Shown here: positions 32,537-42,054 of the stretch, one piece after another
Position numbering within the stretch: the first letter of the stretch is position 1
How the letters are laid out: each line of letters begins with the position of its first letter
NCBI GenBank assembly: GCA_040509875.1
Contig: JBEVKB010000045.1
Span: 2,378-66,377, forward strand
DNA length: 64,000 nucleotides
Direction: 5' to 3'
Origin: Steroidobacteraceae bacterium
Lineage (GTDB): Bacteria; Pseudomonadota; Gammaproteobacteria; Steroidobacterales; Steroidobacteraceae
The notes under the pieces: model-generated
What the model saw: the letters and a program-made list of their open reading frames with translations, nothing else
Database searches by the model: none
What the model was told of the DNA's origin: nothing
Position numbers and translations under genes: made by a program

Positions 32537-32543
32537 GTTGCTC

Positions 32544-33272
32544 ATGATCTCTACCATCAAGCTTCTGCTGAAGGATCTGTTGCACCAGGCCGGTGTCGAA
32601 GTGCGTTGGCTGCGGCATGTGAACAGCGAAGAAAGCGTCCTGCGGAGCATCGTTGCCGCAACTCGTCCCACGGCCGTGCTCGATGTCGGCGCCAACGTCG
32701 GACAATTCGCCGGTGTGGTCCGCAAGCTCGGCTACCGCGGCTCGATCGTTTCTTTCGAAGCGATTCCGGCGGTCCATGCGGTGCTGTCTGCAGCGGCAAA
32801 GAGCGACAGCAACTGGGTGGTGGCACCCTGCGCAGCACTGGGCAGCAGCCCCGGAAGCGCTCCCATGCACATATCGCAGAACTCGGTCAGCAGCAGCCTG
32901 TTGCCCATGCATTCCACGCACCTGAACGCGGCACCCGATTCGGTGTATGTCGATAGCCAGGTCGTCAGGGTGGAGCGGCTCGACATGCTGGCCGCCGGTT
33001 TGGTGCCCGCCGCCGGTGACCTGCTCCTGAAAATCGATACGCAGGGATATGAGCGTCCGGTCCTCGAGGGCGCCACTGCGCTGCTGCCGAGAATCTGCGC
33101 CATCCAGGTCGAGCTGTCGCTGGTGCCTTTGTACGAAGGCGCTGCGAGCTTCACCGAGATGGTCGCCTTCATACAGAACCTGGGGTACGAGCTCTTTTCC
33201 ATCGTGCCCGGATTCAGGGACGTGCAGAGCGGTCGACTCCTGCAGGTCGATGGATTTTTCGTTCGCCATTAG
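32544..33272 (+). CDS. FkbM-family methyltransferase
   Basis: VLDVGANVGQF, IVSFE, LLKIDTQGYE.PVLEGA, LLQVDGFF. Confidence 0.88.
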   Translation: MISTIKLLLKDLLHQAGVEVRWLRHVNSEESVLRSIVAATRPTAVLDVGANVGQFAGVVRKLGYRGSIVSFEAIPAVHAVLSAAAKSDSNWVVAPCAALGSSPGSAPMHISQNSVSSSLLPMHSTHLNAAPDSVYVDSQVVRVERLDMLAAGLVPAAGDLLLKIDTQGYERPVLEGATALLPRICAIQVELSLVPLYEGAASFTEMVAFIQNLGYELFSIVPGFRDVQSGRLLQVDGFFVRH

Positions 33273-33331
33273 CGGACACCGACGAAAGGGATCCGGCGCG
33301 TCGACCGGATGAATTTGGAACGAGGCCCGAA

Positions 33332-34162
33332 ATGACAAAACTTACGCGAGAACTGCTGGCACAGCGAATCTGCGATCGTATCGATGCGGAGCAGGAACGC
33401 ATACGTGGCCAGTGGCATGCGCCCGGTGCGATCAGCTATTTCGTCATCGACGACCTGTTGCCGCAGGAATGGGCGATGCAGATCGGCCAGGCCTTTCCGG
33501 ATACCGGCGCGATGATGCTTCGTAGCAGCCTGCGTGAAGTGAAGTTCGTTTCGGCGCAGATGAACAAACACGCGCCGGTCCTCGAGGACGCCATTTATGC
33601 GTTTCAGCAGCCGGCTGTCGTCGAACGCATCGAACGCATCACCGGGTTGCGTTCGCTGGAAGCGGACGACCTGCTCTACGCCGGGGGCATTTCGCTCATG
33701 GGGCAGTCGCACTTCCTGAATCCGCACATCGACAATTCGCATGACAAGGAACGTGCCCGGTACCGGGTGATCAATCTGCTTTACTACGTTACAGCGGACT
33801 GGCAACCGCAAAATGGGGGCAATCTCGAGCTGTGGCCGGAAGGGCCGAAGGGGCGGCCGGTGACGATCGTCAGCCAGTTCAACCGGCTGGTCGTCATGGT
33901 GACGCACCAGCATTCGTGGCACTCCGTGTCGCCCGTCAATGTGCCGCTGAACCGTTGCTGCATCTCCAATTACTATTTCTCGCGCCTGCCCGTCGGGGAC
34001 ACCGAGTATTTTCACGTGACGACGTTCCGTGGCCGGCCGGAACAGCCCTTTCGCGACGTGGTCCTTCGTCTGGATGGCAAGTTGCGCGGTTGGTTACGGA
34101 CGATGTTTCCCACGGGCGTGCGGCAGACCCGGCACTTTTATCAGCGTGGCAAGAATGAGTGA
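33332..34162 (+). CDS. 2OG-Fe(II) oxygenase family protein
   Basis: HxD (NPHIDNSH), distal His (SWHSV), RxxxS (RCCIS), GGNLELW. Confidence 0.85.
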   Translation: MTKLTRELLAQRICDRIDAEQERIRGQWHAPGAISYFVIDDLLPQEWAMQIGQAFPDTGAMMLRSSLREVKFVSAQMNKHAPVLEDAIYAFQQPAVVERIERITGLRSLEADDLLYAGGISLMGQSHFLNPHIDNSHDKERARYRVINLLYYVTADWQPQNGGNLELWPEGPKGRPVTIVSQFNRLVVMVTHQHSWHSVSPVNVPLNRCCISNYYFSRLPVGDTEYFHVTTFRGRPEQPFRDVVLRLDGKLRGWLRTMFPTGVRQTRHFYQRGKNE

Positions 34163-34229
34163 ACGCTTCTGCCGTGCATGCGGACCACGTTCGCGTTGAG
34201 CCGTCGCTGATGCTTCGTCCGGGTGAGCT

Positions 34230-34826
34230 ATGAACATCGCCTCGCTGTTACGTGTCTATGGCTGGTGGGGCTTGCTGCGGCTGGTCGTCGATATAATCGT
34301 ATCCCGGCTGATGTTTCCCCAAACCCGCATCGTGCGGCGCCCGTTCTATATTCGCGGATCGGGGAAGATCACCCTGGGCAAGGGCTTTACCAGCGGCCCG
34401 GGACTCAGAATCGATTCCGAGGGAGAGGCGGCATCGGTGGCCATCGGCACCGATGTGCAAGTGAACAACAACGTCCACATCGGCGCGGTCGAGTCCGTCG
34501 TCATCGGCGATCGCGTGCTGATTGCGAGCGGTGTGTTCATCTCGGACCACAATCATGGGATCTATACCGGATCGGCACCGTCATCTCCCCTGGTGCCTCC
34601 AGCCCAACGCCCATTGCAGGTAATGCCGGTAGTCATCGAAGAGGATGTCTGGCTCGGCGAGCACGTCTGCATCCTGCCAGGCGTGCGCATCGGCAAGGGC
34701 ACCATCGTCGGCGCCGGCTCGGTGGTGACCAAGTCGCTTCCCGCTTATACGATTGCCGTAGGAATGCCGGCGCGCGTGATCAAACGTTTCGATTTCGACA
34801 GGCACGTCTGGGTCGCTGCGCAGTGA
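34230..34826 (+). CDS. Hexapeptide-repeat O-acetyltransferase (WbbJ-like)
   Basis: Left-handed beta-helix repeats, ISDHNHG, DVWLGEHVCILPGVRIG, VGMPARVIK. Confidence 0.88.
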   Translation: MNIASLLRVYGWWGLLRLVVDIIVSRLMFPQTRIVRRPFYIRGSGKITLGKGFTSGPGLRIDSEGEAASVAIGTDVQVNNNVHIGAVESVVIGDRVLIASGVFISDHNHGIYTGSAPSSPLVPPAQRPLQVMPVVIEEDVWLGEHVCILPGVRIGKGTIVGAGSVVTKSLPAYTIAVGMPARVIKRFDFDRHVWVAAQ

Positions 34827-35926
34827 GACGTTGTATCGCCGTCTCGGCAGTCAACTTCACTGAAGGTGGCCCGCTGACGGTACTGCGGGAGTTTGTCGAT
34901 GCGGCGTGCAGCGTGCTCCCCGATAACTGGGATGTCGTGGTGTTTCTGCATGACGCGAAACTACTGAAAACGAGCAGGGCGCGGCTCATCGAAGTGCGGT
35001 ACGCAAAGCGCGGCTGGTTGCGCCGGCTGTATGTCGAGTGGTTCGCACTGCGCACCTACTCGCTGGAGCTGCAGCCCGACGTATGGGTCTCACTACACGA
35101 CATCACGCCGCGGGTCGTCTGCACTCGGCAGGCAGTCTATTGCCACAACCCCGCGCCATTTTTTCGCGTACGACTGCGCGATGCGTTTTTCGAACCGCAG
35201 CTGTTGGCATTCAGACTGGCTTACAAGGCGCTCTACCGGCTGAACATCCATCGCAACTATGCAGTGATCGTGCAGCAAGCGTGGTTGCGGGAGGAGTTCA
35301 GGAAGTGGACCGGCGAGGCAGTACGCATCGTCGTCGCGCATCCCGCAGACGGAGAACGTAGCGATGTTCCCAAGTTGCGCACGCCGGGTACGAATCGAGC
35401 CGTCTTTTTTTACCCGGCCTTGCCGCGCGCGTTCAAAAATGTAGAGCTGATCTGCCGGGCCGTACAAATGCTCGAGCAGGGCACGCAATGGCGCAGCGAT
35501 GTCGTCCTGACGATTGCCGGCACGGAAAACAAGTATGCGAAATGGCTGCATGCGCATTTCGCCAGTCTCCGCAGCGTGAAATTTGCAGGACGCCACTCGG
35601 CGGAACAGATGCTCGAGCGGTATGAAGAAGCGGACTGCCTGCTGTTCCCATCGCGTCTGGAGACGTGGGGCCTGCCGATTACCGAAGCCAAGCAACAGGG
35701 GCTGCCGATGTTCGTGGCCGACCTGCCTTACGCGCGCGAAACTGTCGGCAACTACGACCGGGCCGATTTCATCGACATCGAAGATCATGCTGCCTTGGCC
35801 GAAAAACTCCTGGCGTTCCAAGCGCAGACGTTCCTTTTCCAGCCGGCGCGGATGAACGCGCCCGCGCAGCCTTTTGCAGCGGACTGGACGGGCCTGATCC
35901 ATCGTCTCACCGAAGGGCTGCGTTGA
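34823..35926 (+). CDS. Glycosyltransferase family 4 (WbbK-like)
   Basis: SAVNFTEGGPLTVL, SLHDITP, YCHNPAPF, FYPALPRAFKN, FPSRLETWGLPITEAK; GTG start overlapping upstream stop. Confidence 0.85.
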   Translation: MRRCIAVSAVNFTEGGPLTVLREFVDAACSVLPDNWDVVVFLHDAKLLKTSRARLIEVRYAKRGWLRRLYVEWFALRTYSLELQPDVWVSLHDITPRVVCTRQAVYCHNPAPFFRVRLRDAFFEPQLLAFRLAYKALYRLNIHRNYAVIVQQAWLREEFRKWTGEAVRIVVAHPADGERSDVPKLRTPGTNRAVFFYPALPRAFKNVELICRAVQMLEQGTQWRSDVVLTIAGTENKYAKWLHAHFASLRSVKFAGRHSAEQMLERYEEADCLLFPSRLETWGLPITEAKQQGLPMFVADLPYARETVGNYDRADFIDIEDHAALAEKLLAFQAQTFLFQPARMNAPAQPFAADWTGLIHRLTEGLR

Positions 35927-36224
35927 TCGCAGGGGTTGCTTCGTCAGTGCCTCGAGTCAGTCAAGTGCCGACGCCCGCCGGCCCGGTTATGTCATGGATG
36001 TACCTTGGCGACCGCGCATTCGTAGCCAGCATATTTTCATGTGCCACGGTATACATATTTCTGGCGCAATCCATCGGACTCGGTGGTATCGTCTCGACAT
36101 AATTTGAACAATGATCTAGGACGGCTGTTGACCAAGGAGAGGTAGCGCAGTTCGACAATCTCACGATTGCCGTTGTGGGAAAGGCCGTTGACTGGTCAAG
36201 TCTGTCTGCCGCCTGCCTGCCTGT

Positions 36225-37658
36225 TTGGACCCTATGAGATTTCTTCGTGTGTGCAAGTACGTCCGGGCGATGCGTTTCTGGCCGCAGGACTCGACCCTGA
36301 CAGGGGCCTCGCGGTATCGACGGGCAATAATGACTTCGGGTGCGCTGGTGCTGGCCCGAGCAAGCGCGCTGCTTTCGATGCTGGTGCTGGTTCCGATCCT
36401 GCTGACTTCGCTCGACTACGAGCGCTTCGCGTTGTGGATGACATTCAGTTCCATTGTTTCCTTGATGGCGTTCACCGACTTCGGACTCGGCAACGGACTG
36501 ATGACCGCACTGGCGTCCGCTTCCGCGAAGGAATCCGATCACAGACTGCAGATACTGATTTCCAACGGGTTCGCTGCCCTCGTTCTGCTGAGCGTGCCAT
36601 TGGCCCTGCTCGTGGTCGCAGTGGCCTCCACCGCGCCGTTGGGTTTGTGGCTGGGCGTGACGAAGATCCCCGCGGGTGAGTTGCGCTCTGCAGTGATCAT
36701 CCTGTCGCTCGGTGTCATGGCGGGGGGAATTGCCGGCATAGCCGGTCGCGTGCAGGCCGGCCTCCAGACCGGCTACATCGCCTCGCTGTGGACGACCGCT
36801 GCATCGATACTGATGTTCGTATGCCTCATGGCCGGAATCTATTGGCGGCTTCCGTTCCTCGACCTGGTCGCCATCTCTGCCTGCGTCCCCATCGTCGCCG
36901 GCATCGCGAACACCATTTGGTATTTCACGAGGACCGAGCCTGGACTGAGACCGAGGATGGCGGCTGTCGATCTGACGCAGATGGCGGGGTTGTTCCGCAG
37001 CGGCGGTTTCTTCTTTCTCTTGCAGGTGGCCGCCACCGTCACGTTTGCGACCGATAACCTGATCATCGCTTCCACCGTCGGGGTCGAGGCCGTGCCTTCC
37101 TATGCCATTCCCGCGAGGCTGTTCGGCTTCATCAGCCTGAGCGTCGCCATCATCGTCCAACCGCTGTGGCCCGCGTACGCTGAAGCAGCGGCGCGAGGCG
37201 ACATGGCGTGGGTACGGCAGACTTTTCTGCGCTCCCTGGCGATCGCGTTCGGCCTGTCCTTCGCGATTGCCAGCATCCTGTTCCTGCTCCGGAACCAGGT
37301 ATTTCCGTTGTGGACCGGATCGCAAGTGAAGATCGATTCCAGCGTGGCTGCTGCCTTGGCTGTCTGGTGCGTGGCCGAGTCTTGCGGGGTCGCGTTTGCA
37401 ATGCTGCTCAACGGTCTGAAAGTGGCGCGTTTCCAGATTGCGATAGCCCTCGCGCATACGCTCCTGAGCTTACCCATCCGTTATCTGTTTCTGCAGCGTT
37501 TTGGACTGTGGGGCTTGCCCGCTGCAACGACGCTGGTGTATGTCGTCAGCGCCATCATTCCCTGCGTGATTCAGTTGCCGAAAATCCTCGGCACCCGCGC
37601 GCATGTGGCAGAGGGCCGCTTCGATACCTCGATCGTCAAAATCGTTGCGACGCCCTGA
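36225..37658 (+). CDS. Wzx-like polysaccharide flippase 2
   Basis: FTDFGLGNGL, multiple TM helices, TDNLII, PLWPAYAEA; true start may be ATG 36234/36270/36330. Confidence 0.8.
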   Translation: MDPMRFLRVCKYVRAMRFWPQDSTLTGASRYRRAIMTSGALVLARASALLSMLVLVPILLTSLDYERFALWMTFSSIVSLMAFTDFGLGNGLMTALASASAKESDHRLQILISNGFAALVLLSVPLALLVVAVASTAPLGLWLGVTKIPAGELRSAVIILSLGVMAGGIAGIAGRVQAGLQTGYIASLWTTAASILMFVCLMAGIYWRLPFLDLVAISACVPIVAGIANTIWYFTRTEPGLRPRMAAVDLTQMAGLFRSGGFFFLLQVAATVTFATDNLIIASTVGVEAVPSYAIPARLFGFISLSVAIIVQPLWPAYAEAAARGDMAWVRQTFLRSLAIAFGLSFAIASILFLLRNQVFPLWTGSQVKIDSSVAAALAVWCVAESCGVAFAMLLNGLKVARFQIAIALAHTLLSLPIRYLFLQRFGLWGLPAATTLVYVVSAIIPCVIQLPKILGTRAHVAEGRFDTSIVKIVATP

Positions 37659-37937
37659 TCGCGTTGCGAAGTTGCCCGTTGGGCGTCGGCCGTCGTGCCC
37701 GGGATTTCATTTTCGCGCATTCAGCGTTTATCATCGCGGCGGCTTCACGGACCGATGTCGTGCGGAAGTGCACAAGGCGACTGTTAGGCGCGCCGGTGCA
37801 CCAGCAAGATCGAGTTGCTGTCGTGAAATGACTCCAGAACTGTCGAGCCCGGGCAGGGCCGGTGCATTCGGGTCGCAAACCATTCTTTTCGATCGTCCAT
37901 TCGGCGCGCGTCTTGGCACGCCGCCATCCAGAATATC

Positions 37938-38837
37938 GTGCATGCAGAGGTCGACAGCTCAGTGTTCAGATTCATTTTCCGCAAGCTCAAGCATGGTTAC
38001 ATCTGGCAGCGGGTTTTCGTCGAGAGGCTCACCGAACCGCTGCATCTGAACTTCATGGCGATCTTCGTTGCGATTTTTGGCAGCCTGCGCATGAAGATCG
38101 CATTCGACCTGGTTCTGCGGCATCACCACAGCTACGCCATTCTCGAGCAGGCGGATCTGGCGAAGAGCCTGGGGATCAAGACGGTAACGCTGATCGAGTT
38201 CGGCGTCGCCAACGGTGCGGGGTTGCTCAATATCTGCGAGATCGCGCGCCGGGTGACGGCCGTGACGGGAGTCGAGTTCCGGATTTACGGCTTCGATACC
38301 GGCAAGGGTATGCCGCCGCCGGAGTCGTACAGGGATCATCCCGAACTCTACAGCACAGGCGACTTCCCCATGAATCACCAGGCCTTGAAGCAGCGGCTGC
38401 CTGCCAACGCGAGACTGGTGCTGGGCGAACTCAAGGAAACGGTGGAGCAATTCGTCGCACAGTTGTCGGCGGACGAGCCCGTGGGCTTCGTCTCCATCGA
38501 TGTCGACTACCACTCATCGACGCGCGACGCGTTGAAGATTTTCAGTGCCGCGCCGGATAAATATCTGCCTCGCGTCCAGATCTACCTCGACGACGTGGAG
38601 GCGCCTACGCACAATTCCTGGTGCGGCGAGCTGTACGCCGTGCACGAGTTCAACGCCGCCAACGAGCTGCGGAAAATCGAGCATCACACGTTCCTGCGCG
38701 GCCAGAGGATCTTCAAGAATGCCCGCTGGATCGATCACATGATGATGCTGCATGTACTCGACGCGCCCATGCGCAGCACCTGGAAAACCACGGGTGGGCC
38801 GCCACCCATCGTGCTGGACAATCCTTACATTAGCTGA
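37938..38837 (+). CDS. Putative methyltransferase, TylF/macrocin-O-MTase-like fold
   Basis: IEFGVANGAG, IYGFDTGKGMP, SIDVDYHSSTRDAL, YLDD...GELYAVHEF. Confidence 0.6.
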   Translation: MHAEVDSSVFRFIFRKLKHGYIWQRVFVERLTEPLHLNFMAIFVAIFGSLRMKIAFDLVLRHHHSYAILEQADLAKSLGIKTVTLIEFGVANGAGLLNICEIARRVTAVTGVEFRIYGFDTGKGMPPPESYRDHPELYSTGDFPMNHQALKQRLPANARLVLGELKETVEQFVAQLSADEPVGFVSIDVDYHSSTRDALKIFSAAPDKYLPRVQIYLDDVEAPTHNSWCGELYAVHEFNAANELRKIEHHTFLRGQRIFKNARWIDHMMMLHVLDAPMRSTWKTTGGPPPIVLDNPYIS

Positions 38838-38883
38838 GGCGCCAGCCGCTGACTTAGCCGCCGATATCGTTGACGGCGCCAGG

Positions 38884-40209
38884 TCAGGAAGGCAGCGACG
38901 TTGCCCCAAGGCGCTCGTCAGAAGCAATAGTGTTAGTAGCGCCGGCCGCGACTGTCCGCGTCGGGCGCGCCGCCAGCGACATAAGTGCGACCAACAGGAA
39001 AAAGCCGCCGGGCGAGAAATAGCCGGCGCCCCTGACGAACAATTCGATGGTGTAGGCAACGACGAATGAATGGAAGAACAGCCGTCGCGGATCTCTGAAT
39101 GCAGGTGGGCGCAACTGCGATTGCCGGAAAAACCGCGCCGCACGGTAAAGCGCCACCAGGAACGCGACGATCGTCAGGAGGCCGAACACTCCGAATTCAC
39201 CCGTAAGCTTCGTCGCGGTCGAACCGCCGTCGAGCAGGCTGATGTTCTTGCCCAGGATTTCAGCGATCCTGTCGGCGACTTCGCCGGTGGATCCGGCAAT
39301 GCCGAACTGCTGGAAGCCCACGCCGAGGCCATGGGTCTCGCGGAAATTCAGAATGGCGTTTTCCCATCCCTGCATGAAGACGAGAGTCGAGACGTTGTCA
39401 CTGTCGGCCGAGAACACGAGGCGGCTGGAATAGTAAGTCAGGTCGACTGCAACCAGAGCCAGCCCCGCAATCACGACGGCGAGCATCGGTATCAGGAAGC
39501 GCGCGCGCAACATCAACCCGGCGACGATCATCAGTCCCACCACCATCGTGAGGCTCTGCAGGACGATAGCTAGCAGGAACGCCATGGCGATGAGCGCGAC
39601 CTGCTGCCCGCGTCTGGCGACCGAAACTCGGAACAGCAGGACCGGCAGGTATGCCAGCCCGAAATGCGAAGGCTCTGAAAAGACCACTACCGCCTTGACG
39701 GATGCCTGCGGACCGACTGGCGGCACGCCCAGCGCCGCTGCGAGGCCGAGCACGGTGAGCGTAACGAGTGCTACGTTCGCGCACCGGATGAGGTCCGCAT
39801 CCGGTAGTCGGGCAAGTTTCCGCGCGGCAAAATGAGCGCCGATCAGCACCACTGCCAGGATGGCTGCCGAGACGCTGAAGCGCCCGAAGTCGACGCTGCC
39901 GATCTGAAAGTGACTGATGGCCGCGTGCAGCGCCAGCAGCAGGATTGCCGCGCACAGCCACCCCAAGCGACCCGCATCGGATTTCTGCAGGTAGTACGGT
40001 TGCCTGCCCGTTGCCAGGCCGAAGAGCGCCCAGGCGAGCGCGCTGATGAGTAGTCCCACTGTCATCGACGACGTCGTGAAAGCGACAAAGATCAGCGGTG
40101 GGAGCACCAGCGTCAGCAGCAGAATGAGCGGAGTAGGGTAGATCACGGTGGAAGACTTGATTGGCGGCTGTTGAAGTGAACGGCTCTTCAATACCAGAGC
40201 GAACGACAC
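38884..40209 (-). CDS. Wzy-like O-antigen/polysaccharide polymerase
   Basis: ~11 TM helices, FSEPSH motif, periplasmic loop with GLGVGFQQ, EFGVFG; locus context. Confidence 0.65.
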   Translation of the reverse strand: MSFALVLKSRSLQQPPIKSSTVIYPTPLILLLTLVLPPLIFVAFTTSSMTVGLLISALAWALFGLATGRQPYYLQKSDAGRLGWLCAAILLLALHAAISHFQIGSVDFGRFSVSAAILAVVLIGAHFAARKLARLPDADLIRCANVALVTLTVLGLAAALGVPPVGPQASVKAVVVFSEPSHFGLAYLPVLLFRVSVARRGQQVALIAMAFLLAIVLQSLTMVVGLMIVAGLMLRARFLIPMLAVVIAGLALVAVDLTYYSSRLVFSADSDNVSTLVFMQGWENAILNFRETHGLGVGFQQFGIAGSTGEVADRIAEILGKNISLLDGGSTATKLTGEFGVFGLLTIVAFLVALYRAARFFRQSQLRPPAFRDPRRLFFHSFVVAYTIELFVRGAGYFSPGGFFLLVALMSLAARPTRTVAAGATNTIASDERLGATSLPS

Positions 40210-41003
40210 GCGCCAACGATGCGGGCTTTGCGGCGCTCCAGGGCGCTGAGCCAGCCTGGCCTGCCGCCAGTGTCGCGTTTCGCACGTTCCTGTTCTGCCA
40301 GCGCCAGGCCTTCGTTGGCGTTGCTGACGCCGCCCAGAGCCATCCTGGCGGTGACGCGATCCAGGAATTCGGCGCGCAACGCGCCTTTGGGTCTCAGCAA
40401 CATTTCATAGTCGCCACAAAGGCGGTACTTGTCGTCGAACTGCCCGTACTCCTCGAACAGTGAGCGGTGGTGCAGAGAACCGACGTGCGCGACGGTCATG
40501 AAGCGGGAGAAGGCGGGCCACGCCCAGCGGGATCCTATGGTTCGCACGACCTTGCCATTTTTTACCAGCTCGACTCGCGAGGAAATGTAGTGTGTCGCAG
40601 CCGACAAGGATGCGATCTTGCGTGCGTAACCTTCGAGGGCGTCTGGATAGTAGGCGTCGTCCGCGCCGAGGAACGCCACCCATTCCCCTCGCGCCAACGT
40701 TAGCGCCTTGTTCCATGCCGAGTAGATTCCCGTGTCCCTCTCGCTCTTCCAGTAGTCGATGCGGTCGGCGCACTCCGCCAGGATCTCAACCGTGCCGTCG
40801 GTGGATGCGCCATCGACGATGAGATATTCGAAATCGCGAAAGCTCTGTCCGGCGACGCTATCGATGGCGTTCCTGATCGTCGAGGCGCCGTTCCTGACGA
40901 CTGTGATGACGCTGATCAGCGGCACTGCGCCCGGCCGAACCTCTCCGGGTGCATTCCGCCTTCCGATTCTGCTGCCGCCTTCAACCATTCTTGTACTGTC
41001 CAC
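40188..41003 (-). CDS. Glycosyltransferase family 2 (WfgS/WcaE-like)
   Basis: ISVITVVRN, VDGASTDGT, SERDTGIYSAWNKAL, FLGADD, GDYEMLLR, MALGGVS. Confidence 0.88.
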   Translation of the reverse strand: MDSTRMVEGGSRIGRRNAPGEVRPGAVPLISVITVVRNGASTIRNAIDSVAGQSFRDFEYLIVDGASTDGTVEILAECADRIDYWKSERDTGIYSAWNKALTLARGEWVAFLGADDAYYPDALEGYARKIASLSAATHYISSRVELVKNGKVVRTIGSRWAWPAFSRFMTVAHVGSLHHRSLFEEYGQFDDKYRLCGDYEMLLRPKGALRAEFLDRVTARMALGGVSNANEGLALAEQERAKRDTGGRPGWLSALERRKARIVGACRSLWY

Positions 41004-41079
41004 TGCTGCGTTCAGGCGCGATCTTACGCTGTGCGACCGGAGACAGAGTACTTCGCGGCGGTAAGGGAGACGTTGCTCG

Positions 41080-42054
41080 ATGAGAGGTTTTCTGTCCCGG
41101 CAGATTGTAGAATGCGCACATGACCTCCCACCCGTTGCCTCGATTCACTCGGCTCTCAATGTCAGAACAGTTACCGTTGCGCGCCATGCGCACATGAACG
41201 CGGCGGAGCAAGCGCCGCGGGCCAGCTCGATCGAGCGGGAGCCACTGCCGCTCGGCGCATCCATCGTCTTGTACCGCACCCCTGTAGGTGAAATCGCCGC
41301 CCTGATCGATGAGCTGCTCGATCAAGGTGCTGCGCGGGTGTACCTGGTCGACAACAGCCCGTTGAGTTTCGACACGTTCGGCCAATGGACGCCACCCGAG
41401 CGCGTAACCATCATCCGCGCCGGTCGCAACCTGGGGTATGGGCGCGGCCATAACATCGCGATCTCTGATTCGATACGTCGTCACCGCTATCACGTCGTGT
41501 CCAATCCGGACATCCGCCTGGGAAAGAACGTGCTTAGGGAGTTGTTCGCAGTGATGGAAGCGCGGAGCGATGTCGGTCTGAGCATGCCGGAGGTCGTCGG
41601 TCCGGACGGGGTGCGCCATTATCTCTGCAAGCGCGCGCCGTCGCCGTTCCAGTTACTGCCTGCGTCACTGGTGCCACATGCGTGGTGGGCTAAGCGCCGC
41701 GCCTATTTCGAAATGCGCGAATATTCGTACGATCGCGAGATCGAGGCCGAATGCCTGTCCGGCTGTTTCATGTTTCTGCGTTCCAGCATCCTGCAACGTA
41801 CAGGTGCTTTCGACGAGCGCTTCTTCATGTACTTCGAGGATTTCGACCTGTCCCGCCGCGTGCGCCGGGTGGCTCGCAATCTCTATTTTCCGGCCGTGCA
41901 TGTCATCCACGAACACCGCAGCGAGCACCGACGCTCGTGGCGCCTGCTTCGCGCCTTCGGCATGTCGGCGATCCGGTATTTCAGCAAGTGGGGCTGGTTC
42001 GAGCCACGCGCTTCGAGGGAAGGCCGACACGCCGCCGCGGGCAGTGGGCAGTGA
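41080..42054 (+). CDS. Glycosyltransferase family 2 (WbbL/rhamnosyltransferase-like)
   Basis: SIVLY, LVDNS, NLGYGRGHN, SNPDI, SGCFMF, FDERFFMYFEDFDLSRR; start may be ATG 41194. Confidence 0.85.
   Translation: MRGFLSRQIVECAHDLPPVASIHSALNVRTVTVARHAHMNAAEQAPRASSIEREPLPLGASIVLYRTPVGEIAALIDELLDQGAARVYLVDNSPLSFDTFGQWTPPERVTIIRAGRNLGYGRGHNIAISDSIRRHRYHVVSNPDIRLGKNVLRELFAVMEARSDVGLSMPEVVGPDGVRHYLCKRAPSPFQLLPASLVPHAWWAKRRAYFEMREYSYDREIEAECLSGCFMFLRSSILQRTGAFDERFFMYFEDFDLSRRVRRVARNLYFPAVHVIHEHRSEHRRSWRLLRAFGMSAIRYFSKWGWFEPRASREGRHAAAGSGQ

Noticed and set aside
34223-34822. 200-aa N-terminal extension making a 567-aa ORF over the acetyltransferase
   Set aside because: Extension is an out-of-frame read of the acetyltransferase; the GT begins at GTG 34823 overlapping its stop. 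The same applies to extensions at 23044, 31373 and 41751
41057-41064. ops/JUMPstart-like GGCGGTAA
   Set aside because: Mismatch to GGCGGTAG and no JUMPstart context; no convincing ops element found in the locus
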